A stretch of DNA of 64,000 bases, from positions 512,001 to 576,000 of the forward strand of contig NZ_JAQNDL010000001.1 of NCBI RefSeq assembly GCF_028368995.1, read 5' to 3'. Source of the stretch: Nannocystis bainbridge (GTDB lineage: Bacteria > Myxococcota_A > Polyangia > Nannocystales > Nannocystaceae). Under the pieces are notes generated by a model that did not search any database, was not told the DNA's origin, and was given only the letters and a program-made list of their open reading frames with translations. Of the stretch, positions 29,046 through 38,513 are shown in pieces. A program made the translations under genes and the position numbers. Position 1 is the first letter of the stretch, and the number at the start of each line of letters is the position of its first letter.

Positions 29046-29189
29046 ATCTCCCATGACAAAAGCTCGGCAGACCACAAGCGGACGACGACTAATTCCCGAC
29101 GACGAGCGGCGAGGGCCGCGTCGCCGAAAGAACCCGCCGCCGTGGAGCGCGACCTCGGGCGGCGTCGTCACCCGCACTCAACAAGGTCC

Positions 29190-29897
29190 TCAGGGGTCAT
29201 GAGAGGATCTCGAGTCCCCCTCGAACCCGAGCGCCCGCTCGATGTTCGTGGCGATCCACGACAGCGTCTTGGGGTCGTCGATCCCACTCAGTAGCGATTG
29301 GCGTCGACCTTGGCGCCCCAGGAGCACGAGCTCCAGGCGGCGATCCTCGGGGCGCTCGGCGCGAGCGAGGGCCCGCACAAACACCCCTTTGACGTCGTCG
29401 GCCACGAATTGCTGGCCTTGGTGGAGCGGGACACCATCACCCACGACAGTGAGGCCATCCGACGTGGCGATGAAGCGCATCACGGAGGTCCTGGGGATCG
29501 CACTCCACGTGATTCCACCGACCGCGAGCACCACGGCACCGACCGTCATCGCCGAAGAGAGCTCGATCCTGGTCACCACAACGACGAAGAAGAGCGCGGC
29601 CGTGGCGGCGGCCGCTCGGAACTGTTGCCGCCGGTGCTCGACGAGAATATCGAGCCGGGGTTCCTCGGCCGCCACGCGGTACGGACCGCGCGCATCGCCT
29701 TCGGTCAGCGCCGTGGCGGCTCGACGCGTCACGCCCGGCGGGGGGACATCGTCCGCGACTTCGCTTGGTGACTGCTCCACGAGCAGGCAACCGCACGCGT
29801 CGCAGTAATCCAGCGCATGCTGTGAGCCCTGGACGATGGGGCTCTCGCACAGCGGACAGCACTCGTCGAGATTCGGGTCACGTTCGGACGGCTCCAC
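29190..29897 (-). CDS. Hypothetical membrane protein with N-terminal Zn ribbon
   Basis: CPLC..CDAC, GPYR, two TM segments. Confidence 0.55.
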   Translation of the reverse strand: MEPSERDPNLDECCPLCESPIVQGSQHALDYCDACGCLLVEQSPSEVADDVPPPGVTRRAATALTEGDARGPYRVAAEEPRLDILVEHRRQQFRAAAATAALFFVVVVTRIELSSAMTVGAVVLAVGGITWSAIPRTSVMRFIATSDGLTVVGDGVPLHQGQQFVADDVKGVFVRALARAERPEDRRLELVLLGRQGRRQSLLSGIDDPKTLSWIATNIERALGFEGDSRSSHDP

Positions 29898-30087
29898 TCC
29901 TGCAGGTCCTCACATCCTTCTTCTCATGGCCCTCGTGCCTTGCCAACCCGTCGCTGCGCTCCCGCATGATCGTGCGGTGCTCCGGGCGCCGCTTGCGAGC
30001 ATGGGCCGCGAGCGATTCTGCCGCCTGGCGACCGCCAGGCTGGCGAAGCGCCACCGGCGAGCCGCGCTGCCGCCTCGCTCGCGCCGC

Positions 30088-30720
30088 CTAGCCCTTCGGC
30101 CCCTGCACGACCGCCAGCAGCTCCTGCGAGCGCCGGGCCTGGACCTTCTCGAGCAGCGCCACGTCGGTCTTCAGCGCGTGGCTGGCCTTGGCCAGTTGCA
30201 CGGCCACGCTCGACGGCTGCGCCGACCCGGCGATCGCCGCGAGCGCGCGGGTGTCGGCGAGCGAGCGCTCCGCCAGCGTCGACGCCACGTCGAGCAGCAC
30301 GAACTCCAGCAGGCCCGCATCGATCGAGCCCGACAACAGCGGCGCCTGGCCCACCGATTCGGCCACGAACGCCGCCATGCGGGCCGCGGGGCTGACATAG
30401 CGGCGCGGCAGCCCGAGCTTGTGGAGCAGCCCCTCGAGCGTCGTCACCCGGTCCTCGTACATCTGCGCCAGGTGCTCGTGGAGCTGCCGGCGCGCGGGCT
30501 GGCTGGTCTGCTCGGCGGCCGCTCGGGCGAGGCGGGCCGAGACTCGCGCGTGCATGGCGATCGCGCTGACGACATCCGCGAGCGCGACCCCGTTCAGCCC
30601 CGCTGCCGCGCCGCAGGCCGCCAGCGCCGCCGGCGACACCTCCTGCGAGGGTGGGATCACCGTCATGCTCGCGGGTCGGCCGTGGCCCCCCGAAGCCTTC
30701 GTCACAAACAGGATGGACAT
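30088..30720 (-). CDS. Hypothetical helical (possibly degenerate ferritin-like) protein
   Basis: AAGGAG RBS, ATG at 30720; helical pattern ..LEGLLHKLGLPRRYVSP.. Confidence 0.65.
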   Translation of the reverse strand: MSILFVTKASGGHGRPASMTVIPPSQEVSPAALAACGAAAGLNGVALADVVSAIAMHARVSARLARAAAEQTSQPARRQLHEHLAQMYEDRVTTLEGLLHKLGLPRRYVSPAARMAAFVAESVGQAPLLSGSIDAGLLEFVLLDVASTLAERSLADTRALAAIAGSAQPSSVAVQLAKASHALKTDVALLEKVQARRSQELLAVVQGPKG

Positions 30721-30731
30721 GGCGATTCTCC

Positions 30732-31988
30732 TTATTCGTCGCGCTCGTGTTGCGCTGCATCGAGGTCTTCGAGGGACCCGGACCGCAGCACCTCGATCGG
30801 GTGCGGGCCCTCGGTGGTCAGCCGGAAATCGTCGCCGAACACCTCGACGTGCCGGGCGATGACGTACTCGCTGGGGACCTTGACGCCGCCGTTGACCGCC
30901 TCCTGATACGCGAAGAAGCGCGCGTCGGCGGGCAGCGCCCCCATCGGCACGAAATCGGGGCCGACGGAGGTCAGGTCGATCTGGTGCTTCAGGACCTCGC
31001 GGATGTATTTCTTGTTCTCGTGGAAGCGCGTCGGCTGCGGCAGCTCCGGCGGCAGGATCGCCTGCGGCTCGACGCCCTCGTGGCGCAGCAGCAGCTCGCC
31101 GGCCACCCGGACGTGCTCGATCTCCATCGCCAGGTGCAGCTCCCAGATCTTGCGGATCCGCGGGTCGACCTCCTCGGTCATGAACGACCAGTACAGGTAG
31201 CACTCGTTGTAGTGGTGAAACAGCTCGCGCTGGAACCACGACTCGAGCGGGTCGAGCAGCGACTCGTACTGCGTCACGTGCTGCTCCTCGATCTCCGCGA
31301 TCTCGAGGTAGAGCCCGCGCGCCAGCGGCGGCACGTAGGTCGGCCCCACGTTCATGTAGAAGTTCATCGTCTGCTGCTCCGCCGCCACGATCGTCATCGC
31401 GTGCAGCCGCGACAGCGGGTCGACGGTGTGGCGGTCGTAGTGGCGGCGCACGTCGTCGAAGGGGTGCCGGTGCTCGACGATCGTCGGCCGGCCGGGCATG
31501 ACCTCGGTCAGGTTGCCGACGATCTCGTGGACCCGCTTCGGCCCCTCGATCAGGTCGATCAGGTTGGCGTAGCGGTACAAGTGGTCGAAGTCCTCGAGCA
31601 GGCCGAAATCGAGGGTCTGGCGCAGGTACGGGTCGGGCTCGGTGCGCGCGAGCCCTGCGGTCAGATCGATGGCGACCTGCTCGTAGCCGAGGGTGGTCTC
31701 CAGCACGGTCTGGTCGCCCGGGAGCAGCCAGTTCACCGCCTTCTGCTGCTGCTGGTCGACCCGCCGCAGCAGCGCGAGCGTGGTCTTGACCGGCCAGCTG
31801 TCGGTGTGGCGCGCGAATTGGTGCGACGACAGGATCGACTCGATCTCGATCCCGTTCATCACGATCACGCGAGCGCGCGTGTACGGGTGGACCTCGCGCT
31901 TGTCGAACGGCGCGACGTTGAGCTCCGACCAGTTGCGGATCTGCAGCTCCAGGGGGATGCCTTTTTCGGCGAGCGGATTGAAGCCCAT
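30732..31988 (-). CDS. Tandem ferritin-like di-metal carboxylate protein (paralog of 38514-39722)
   Basis: GIEIE, GYEQ, LLEDFDHLYRYA, AEQQT, EIEEQHVTQYE, EIEH motifs. Confidence 0.8.
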   Translation of the reverse strand: MGFNPLAEKGIPLELQIRNWSELNVAPFDKREVHPYTRARVIVMNGIEIESILSSHQFARHTDSWPVKTTLALLRRVDQQQQKAVNWLLPGDQTVLETTLGYEQVAIDLTAGLARTEPDPYLRQTLDFGLLEDFDHLYRYANLIDLIEGPKRVHEIVGNLTEVMPGRPTIVEHRHPFDDVRRHYDRHTVDPLSRLHAMTIVAAEQQTMNFYMNVGPTYVPPLARGLYLEIAEIEEQHVTQYESLLDPLESWFQRELFHHYNECYLYWSFMTEEVDPRIRKIWELHLAMEIEHVRVAGELLLRHEGVEPQAILPPELPQPTRFHENKKYIREVLKHQIDLTSVGPDFVPMGALPADARFFAYQEAVNGGVKVPSEYVIARHVEVFGDDFRLTTEGPHPIEVLRSGSLEDLDAAQHERDE

Positions 31989-32425
31989 GGGTCTCTCCTG
32001 TCCCCTCCATGGCGATTTCGCCCGAGGGGGTCACGTTGTGAGCGTCTCGCTCCGTACCACCGCCGATCGGCCCGACCACTCGCGCGCCAGCCCTCGCCAG
32101 CGGGCACGCGAGCGGCGAGAGCGTGCCGGCGCCGTCGCGCTCCCCGAGATTGTGCGGAGGTTCCGCTCGTAGCATTCGTCGCGCCGCGGCCGATGCGGCC
32201 GCATGGAACGAGCGCGCAGACGTTCACCGGCTCCGACGAGACCGCCGCCGCCGCCGCGAGCGCTCGAATTGGCTCGCGGGGCGCCGGGGGCGGCACGCGT
32301 TCGCCCCGCCGGCGCTGGCCTCGGCGGCCGTTTCGACCGCTCGCCGGCGGCGGCGGCTCGGGCTCGCGCGCGTCCGAGCCTCACGCTCCCTCGTCCCCGC
32401 GCGCCTGCTCGCCCATCTTCTTGCC

Positions 32426-33496
32426 ATGCGGATGCACGAGTTCATCAGTTCGCGGCGCGAGGAGCTCGTGTCGCGGACGCTGTTGGCGCTGAAGAAAGAC
32501 TACCCCGATCGCACGGCGGACGAGCTCCTCGACGATCTCCCGCCATTCATCGACGCGGTCCTCCGCACCCTCCGTGGCGACTCCGAGACGTCCGGGGGCG
32601 GCCCGTCTCTCGGGTTCGGCCGCCAGTTCGCCCCGGCGCACGGGCGGCAGCGAAAGGAGCAGGGCTTCGACCTCAACCGCATCGTCCACGACTACGGCGT
32701 CCTGTGCGACGCGACCAATTCGCTCGCCGCCGAGACGGACGAGCAATTCAGCACCCGAGAGCATCTGCTGCTGAACCGCTGCATCGACGAGGCCACCGCG
32801 CAGGCGATCGACGCCTTCGCCGCCGCCCAGCACGAGGACCAGTCGCAGGTCCTCGGAGCGATCGGCCACGAGATCAGGAACGCCGCGTGGAGCGCCTCCA
32901 TGGCCTTCGACCTCATCTCGAGCGGCAAGGTCGGGGTCAACGGTCGTACGGGCGACGTGCTGCGTCGCTCGCTCGAGCGGATCGAGCAGCTCTCCCTGCA
33001 CGCCCTCGACGCCGCCCGCATGACGGCAGCCTCGACCGCCCAGCGCGAGTGGCTGGACGGCCGCGAGTTCTTGCAGCAGCTCGTCGACGCGACGGTGGGC
33101 GAGCGCGGCATCCAGGTCCACCTGGAAGTCGAGCCGGCGCTCGAGTTCGAGGTGGACCCGCGGCTGCTCACCTCGGCGATCAGCAACCTCCTGCAGAACG
33201 CGGTCAAGTTCACGCACGACGCCGGCACCGTGACGCTGCGCGCCAGCACCCGCGACGCGGCGGTCTGCATCGAGGTCGAAGATCGCTGCGGCGGGCTGTC
33301 CCGCGAAGCGCAGGAGCACATGTTCGATCCGACGCAGCGGAGGGCCCGCGGGCCGCGGAGCAGCGGCTTCGGCCTGGCGATCGCCCGCCAGGCCGTGGAG
33401 TCGCAGGGCGGCACCCTGAGCGTCGACGACGTGCCGAGCGTCGGCTGCGTGTTCCGCATCCTGTTCCCGCGCTCGACCCGGCTCGACCCGAACTGA
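32426..33496 (+). CDS. Cytoplasmic sensor histidine kinase (RsbRD_N-like input + HisKA + HATPase)
   Basis: HGRQR..QGF, GHEIRN, NLLQNAVKF, DRCGG, GFGLAI. Confidence 0.9.
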   Translation: MRMHEFISSRREELVSRTLLALKKDYPDRTADELLDDLPPFIDAVLRTLRGDSETSGGGPSLGFGRQFAPAHGRQRKEQGFDLNRIVHDYGVLCDATNSLAAETDEQFSTREHLLLNRCIDEATAQAIDAFAAAQHEDQSQVLGAIGHEIRNAAWSASMAFDLISSGKVGVNGRTGDVLRRSLERIEQLSLHALDAARMTAASTAQREWLDGREFLQQLVDATVGERGIQVHLEVEPALEFEVDPRLLTSAISNLLQNAVKFTHDAGTVTLRASTRDAAVCIEVEDRCGGLSREAQEHMFDPTQRRARGPRSSGFGLAIARQAVESQGGTLSVDDVPSVGCVFRILFPRSTRLDPN

Positions 33497-33596
33497 TTGC
33501 GATCGCGGCTCGCCCGGATCTCGGTCTCGCGGCCGAGGAGTTGGTCGCGCGGGCCGATGCAGCCGATCGCGCGCCGCGCCGGCCCGTGTCGACGCC

Positions 33597-36026
33597 TCAC
33601 CCTTTCACGGGATCCATGATTCCGGGGCAGCCTTGCTTGCAGCACATGCGCTCCTCGGTCATGGCCTTCATTTTCTCGATCGTACCCCGTGGGAACTTGA
33701 GGTCCGGCACACAGGACGCGCAGACCCATGTCCCGCAGGTTTTGCAGGCGTATGACTTCACGGGCGTGGGGGGTTTGACTCCGCTGCAAAGCGGGCACCC
33801 GACTGCAGCACCTGTGGCCTGGCGGGGCTTCTTCCCCGCATGGAGATCGCGGAGGGCCTGCTTTCCCTCGTCGCTCAGCAGATAGCAGTGGATCTCCGCG
33901 CAAACCAACAGCTCGTGCGCTCCGACCAGCTCCTGCAGCTTTCCGATGTCGTTGGCTGACTGGGGCACGACGCCCTCGATCTCCAGCTTGAACTCGCCGA
34001 TCAAGCGCTGGCGAACGGGAGCCGGCAGGGCGAGGACCGCCCTCGTCAGGGCCGCGTACTCCTCCGTCTGGCCGGTGCGGCTCAGGTCGGCGTGGGTGCG
34101 GAGATTGTCGGGCTCGGGACCGTCCACGCCTCCTCCGCTGGACCATGCCTCGGCGTAGCCCACCTTCTCCCGCATATACGCCAGGAACCCTTCGTTGTGG
34201 GCGAGGCCCCATTTCCCCGCGATCGCGGTCTTGGCAGGGTCTTCCAGGTTCAAATCGCCCTTCAAGAACGGAGCGAAGAAGAAGATGATCCCCGTCCCGA
34301 TCCGGGTGATCTGCGGGTTTGCATACCCGCCGCCCAGCGCGGGAGGGCCGGGAGTCAGGACGAGGCCGTGCTTCTCGTCGGCCAGCTCCTTCTCCAACAT
34401 GGACGCGAACATCGTGCTGCCGGACTTCAGCGCATCGAACACGCAGGTGTTGAGAATCGTGTCCCCGATGTCGCGCAGGATCACCCGACGCGCAGCGCCC
34501 TTGCCCGCCCTGTCGAAGGCGCTCAGGAAGTTCTGCGCGTTCGATGTCATGTGCTGGAGCCCGAAGTACGCCAACATCTCGGCCTTCGCGCGGCCGGCCG
34601 GGGTCGCGAAGTTCTGGGTCCAGAAATCCACCCAGTCGCACTTCGGCTCCCACGTCTCGGCGAAGGCCTTGCCGTGGCTGGGGATGGCCAGCGCCGGAAA
34701 CCACACCTCGCCCTCGCCGGCGCCCCCGATCTCGCGGATCTGGATGCCGTCCCACTCTGCGCCGTCGCGGAGCAAGATGCTGAGGATCTCGATCTGGTAC
34801 CCGGCTTCGAACGTCTGGGCCCCGAACTTTTTCTGCACCCCCGCGATGATGTTCGAGCGAGACATCGCATGGATGGAGTTCGCTTCGAGCTTGTCTTTGC
34901 CGTTGACTCGCTGACTCTGGGTGGCCACGTAGTCCACCCCCGTCTTGACCGAGTAATACTTCGCGGCTGCGTTCGCGTCGTCCGCCTGATGCTGCATCAG
35001 CGTCTTGGCCGTGACGTCCCCCTCTACTTGCGGGAGCTTCTGATTGTCAGCCTCGTCGGGGCGCAGCTTCCATGTGTTGTCCTGGTCGGGCGACAGGTCG
35101 ACCTTCGCAGGGGGGAAAGCAGTGATCGTGCTGCGCGAGGCCGTCGCCCACCTGGGCAGGGTCGCGGCCAGCCGCTTCGCATCGAACTTCTCGAACGCGC
35201 CGAGGTTCTTGCCGATCGCGCCTGATTTCGGCGAGTTATCGTCATAGTTGAACGGCATGACGATGAACGGCGGCTCCACGTCGACGGTGTTCTTGGTCCT
35301 GTCGGACGTCAGCGCGCGGCTGAGGATCACCGTCTTGGGCTTGGCGACGAAGGCGAACTTGTCCGGTTCGTTCGGGCGGCCCCCCTCCACCGAGTAGCAC
35401 GGCAAGAACGTCTTCAGCAACGCCTTGTGCTGATCGTAGTCCAGCTGTTCCAGGACGGCGATCTTGACGGCTCCCCCCCCCGACGTGCCATCGTCGTGCT
35501 CCGGCTGCCAGGACGTCTGACCGTCCTTGCGCAGAAGATCGTAGTTCAGCCGATACAGCCCGAGCTTCCGCTCCTTGCCGCCGCGTTGGTACTTCGGATC
35601 CGAATTCCCCTCGGTCTCCCAGATCAACCAGTCCCGGTCCGTTTCATCGTTCTGTTGGATGTCGAAGATCGACACCATCTTCTTCGGGCTGGCTTCCGAC
35701 GATGCGTTGTTCGACTGCCCCTGAGCATGCGGGGCGAGCCTCACCTCCACAGTGGGGGTGACGACGTACGAGGGGTCGTCCTCGCTGTCCCTGGGTACGA
35801 CGAAACGGCCGCGAAATTGCGCGCCCGGACTCGGCGGATGATCCAACAAGAGCGTGTCGCCGCCCTTCGCCTGGACCTCCTCGAATTCGAAGGCACCTTC
35901 GGCGTTCACCGTCCCCGTCCCCGTCGCGCCCTTGACAGCCATTCCCTGGCGTTGGAGGGTCCAGCTCACCTCGTCCTTCTCGACCGTCGGCTCGTCTCTC
36001 TTCTTCAGGGTGAGCTTGAACTTCAT
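33597..36026 (-). CDS. Large hypothetical protein with IucA/IucC (NIS synthetase)-like core and C-terminal Zn finger
   Basis: ATASRST, YSVKT, IQIRE, FGLQHMTSNAQNF..RRVILRDIGD; CPLC/CKTC/CASC/CCKQGC tail. Confidence 0.6.
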   Translation of the reverse strand: MKFKLTLKKRDEPTVEKDEVSWTLQRQGMAVKGATGTGTVNAEGAFEFEEVQAKGGDTLLLDHPPSPGAQFRGRFVVPRDSEDDPSYVVTPTVEVRLAPHAQGQSNNASSEASPKKMVSIFDIQQNDETDRDWLIWETEGNSDPKYQRGGKERKLGLYRLNYDLLRKDGQTSWQPEHDDGTSGGGAVKIAVLEQLDYDQHKALLKTFLPCYSVEGGRPNEPDKFAFVAKPKTVILSRALTSDRTKNTVDVEPPFIVMPFNYDDNSPKSGAIGKNLGAFEKFDAKRLAATLPRWATASRSTITAFPPAKVDLSPDQDNTWKLRPDEADNQKLPQVEGDVTAKTLMQHQADDANAAAKYYSVKTGVDYVATQSQRVNGKDKLEANSIHAMSRSNIIAGVQKKFGAQTFEAGYQIEILSILLRDGAEWDGIQIREIGGAGEGEVWFPALAIPSHGKAFAETWEPKCDWVDFWTQNFATPAGRAKAEMLAYFGLQHMTSNAQNFLSAFDRAGKGAARRVILRDIGDTILNTCVFDALKSGSTMFASMLEKELADEKHGLVLTPGPPALGGGYANPQITRIGTGIIFFFAPFLKGDLNLEDPAKTAIAGKWGLAHNEGFLAYMREKVGYAEAWSSGGGVDGPEPDNLRTHADLSRTGQTEEYAALTRAVLALPAPVRQRLIGEFKLEIEGVVPQSANDIGKLQELVGAHELLVCAEIHCYLLSDEGKQALRDLHAGKKPRQATGAAVGCPLCSGVKPPTPVKSYACKTCGTWVCASCVPDLKFPRGTIEKMKAMTEERMCCKQGCPGIMDPVKG

Positions 36027-36032
36027 GGCTTC

Positions 36033-36668
36033 CTATCTCCCGTAGACTTCCCGGAGCTTTAGACGGTTCGCGTCGTTGCATTCGCCAGTCGGCGGCATCC
36101 CCTGCTCTGCTTCGAACCGCGAGATCGCGGCTCGGAAGGCTTCGCTGACGGTCTCGTCCAGATCGCCGACCTCGTACCCGAGGTTCTGCAGGCGCTGCTT
36201 GAACCCCGTCACCTCGTCGATCGGATTCAGCCGCCCCAGCTCCAGCCGAAATTCCCGCCGCCTTTCCCCCTCGTCGACGCGAAGGGTGCCGAGCCCTGCG
36301 TTCGGCGGGATGGCGATGCTGATGCCGCCCTCGCCGTCGGTTTGGCCCGAGAGCGTGACCCCGTCGACCTCGAGCTCGAACTTCTTGTTCCGCAGCGGTT
36401 CGCCGTAACAGTTGACGACGATGTTCAGCCGCGCCGGCACGCCCCTGTAGCGGAACACATGGTTCGCGTCGGTCGGCTTGATCACGGTCTTGATCCGCTT
36501 GTCCGGAACGAACACGATGTCGCCGGGCATGAGGACGTTGATATCCTTGCGCCTGGCCCTCAGGTCGTCATTCTCCGGGTGGTTCCAGATCGTCTCCGGA
36601 AAGAAGCCGTGCTGAAATGCGATGCTGGAGATGCAATCTCCGGGTTCGACGCGATGACGGGTTGCCAC
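36033..36668 (-). CDS. LysM + peptidoglycan-binding domain protein
   Basis: HRVEPGDCISSIA..IWNHPEN..VLMPGD; QRLQNLGY..AISRFE..GMPPTG; AGGAG RBS with GTG start. Confidence 0.85.
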   Translation of the reverse strand: MATRHRVEPGDCISSIAFQHGFFPETIWNHPENDDLRARRKDINVLMPGDIVFVPDKRIKTVIKPTDANHVFRYRGVPARLNIVVNCYGEPLRNKKFELEVDGVTLSGQTDGEGGISIAIPPNAGLGTLRVDEGERRREFRLELGRLNPIDEVTGFKQRLQNLGYEVGDLDETVSEAFRAAISRFEAEQGMPPTGECNDANRLKLREVYGR

Positions 36669-37161
36669 GGTGCTCCTTTCAATCCCGGAAACGGCCCGCT
36701 ATCCCTGGTCGATGCCGCCCCCAGCCTCCGCGTCCCGGGGTGACGAAAGTGTCCGGAGCGCGAGGCCGACGCTATCACAGCCAGGGACCTCGTCGATCGT
36801 CGCTTCGGACCCTCGCGGAGCGCTCGAAGATGCTCGCACGAGGATGGGGCCGAACCGCGCCTCGAGAGTGTTACCGCCCCTCGCGCCGGTGGTGAACCTC
36901 GGGCAAGCTCGGCAGGCTTGCGACGAGGCGCCTGCCGCGATCCTCGCCGTGGTCGTCGACCCACCGGGTCCTACGGACAGCTTCGATCAGCCCCACCCAC
37001 CACATCGACTTCCGGATCGCCCGCGTTCCGGCGGCCCGCGCACGGCCTCGCGCCTTCGTCCGCGAGCGATCGGCCGCGAGCGTGCGCGGGCGATTGCGTC
37101 GGCGAGGCAATCGCCAGGCGGCCTCGCCTCCTCCGGCGCGGCCGCCTGGCCCGAAGGACCC

Positions 37162-37602
37162 CTACGCGGCGCGGCCGACGTTGCCGGCGCGGGACCCCGT
37201 GGCGGTCGCCTCGGTGCGAACCTGCCGGTCGCGGGCGTCGGCCTTGTCGACCTCGGCGCTCTTGTAGTCGGTCGTGGCCCACAGGCCGAATAGGACGATC
37301 CCGGTGCCGACGAAGAAGTCGCGCTCCGGGCTGGCGTTCTGGAAGCCGGCGAGCCACGGCAGGGCCACCAGCGCCAGCGCGGCGACCATCTCGATGCCGC
37401 CGTGGACCGGGAACGGGACCAGGCGCAGCACGCCCAGCGGATAGCGGGTCAGCAGCGACAGCGAGAGCAGCGCCCCGCCGACCACGTAGGCGCTGAGCAT
37501 GGCGGCGTCGTCGTGGAAATCGAGCAAGCTCGGGGCGAGCAGGAACAGCGCCGCGAACAGGTAGTCGAGGACGCCATGGACACGCGGTGACACGAATCTC
37601 AT
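37162..37602 (-). CDS. SPW-repeat-like small membrane protein
   Basis: HGVLDY, T.YPLG, H..IE, ALPWL; GGAG RBS. Confidence 0.8.
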   Translation of the reverse strand: MRFVSPRVHGVLDYLFAALFLLAPSLLDFHDDAAMLSAYVVGGALLSLSLLTRYPLGVLRLVPFPVHGGIEMVAALALVALPWLAGFQNASPERDFFVGTGIVLFGLWATTDYKSAEVDKADARDRQVRTEATATGSRAGNVGRAA

Positions 37603-37921
37603 CGGTATTCTCCCGGGTCTGGCCGGGACCGGCGATCGGCCCGCGGCTGGTTTCCGCCTATGCATAGAGACGACCGCCGCTCGGGCAAGCCGGGGCGCGC
37701 CGCGGCGGCCCGTGACGCGGTCGGTCGCGGGCAGGCTCGACGGGCCGGCTGCGCCGCCGACCGCCGCGACGATGGTTTGCGGATACGTCGGGGCCGGTGA
37801 TGAATGACGTCAGCGAGCGCGGCGGTCTCCCGACCGGCGCGGGGCCGCGGACCTCGCCGGCGGCAGCGACAAGGGATTTGACCAGCCTGCGCGCCCGGAA
37901 ACTCGCGCTAGCCTTGGCCTC

Positions 37922-38356
37922 GTGGCGAATGCAAAGACCCCGCGGGTATGCCCGCCCGAGCTGCACGGCGCGCTCGACACTGGCCTCGTCGTCGCCCTGG
38001 CGCTGGCTCCGGCGGCCTTCCCGCCCGGGACCCCGCGCGTGGCCACGACCGCCTGTTACCTGCTCATGCTCGGGCTGTGGCTGCTGTCCCAGCTCACCTG
38101 TTATCCGTTCGGCTCCGCCTGCGTCATCCGCTACAGCGTGCACGGGATCCTCGAGGTCGCGCTGGCGCCGATCCTCATCGCCCTGCCCTGGCTGCTCGGC
38201 TTCGCCGACTCGCCCGTGGCGCTCGCCGTATTCGTGGCGGCGGGCGTCGCCACTTTGCTGCTGGGGCTGTCGGCGTGGGGTCGCCGCGACGAGCGCGAGG
38301 CTCCGCACCAGCCGCCGATCGATCGCGGGGCGCGGCCGCCACATCAGGGTGTTTGA
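37922..38356 (+). CDS. SPW-repeat-like small membrane protein (divergent paralog)
   Basis: HGALD, LTCYPFG, HGILE, ALPWLLGF. Confidence 0.7.
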   Translation: MANAKTPRVCPPELHGALDTGLVVALALAPAAFPPGTPRVATTACYLLMLGLWLLSQLTCYPFGSACVIRYSVHGILEVALAPILIALPWLLGFADSPVALAVFVAAGVATLLLGLSAWGRRDEREAPHQPPIDRGARPPHQGV

Positions 38357-38443
38357 AGACCTTGCGCCAATGGAGGGGCGTTCGCGCCGCCACCGTCCCG
38401 CGATCGGTACATGCGTCGTCAAGGCCCCCTGGGTCGCCAAATT

Positions 38444-38459
38444 TGGTTTTCGTGTTGCT
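38444..38459 (+). promoter_or_regulatory. Possible sigma-54 -24/-12 promoter
   Basis: TGG-N8-TTGCT, giving GG-N10-GC spacing about 55 bp before ATG 38514; -24 element is a poor match. Confidence 0.3.
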
Positions 38460-38513
38460 CCGATCCGCGACGCGCCTCAGAGAGGCGATTGCATCCACTG
38501 TCCAGGAGCTGGA

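Noticed and set aside
33597-36026. Siderophore biosynthesis gene (iucA/iucC)
   Set aside because: The HxQN His is replaced, extra domains are present, and there are no accessory siderophore genes
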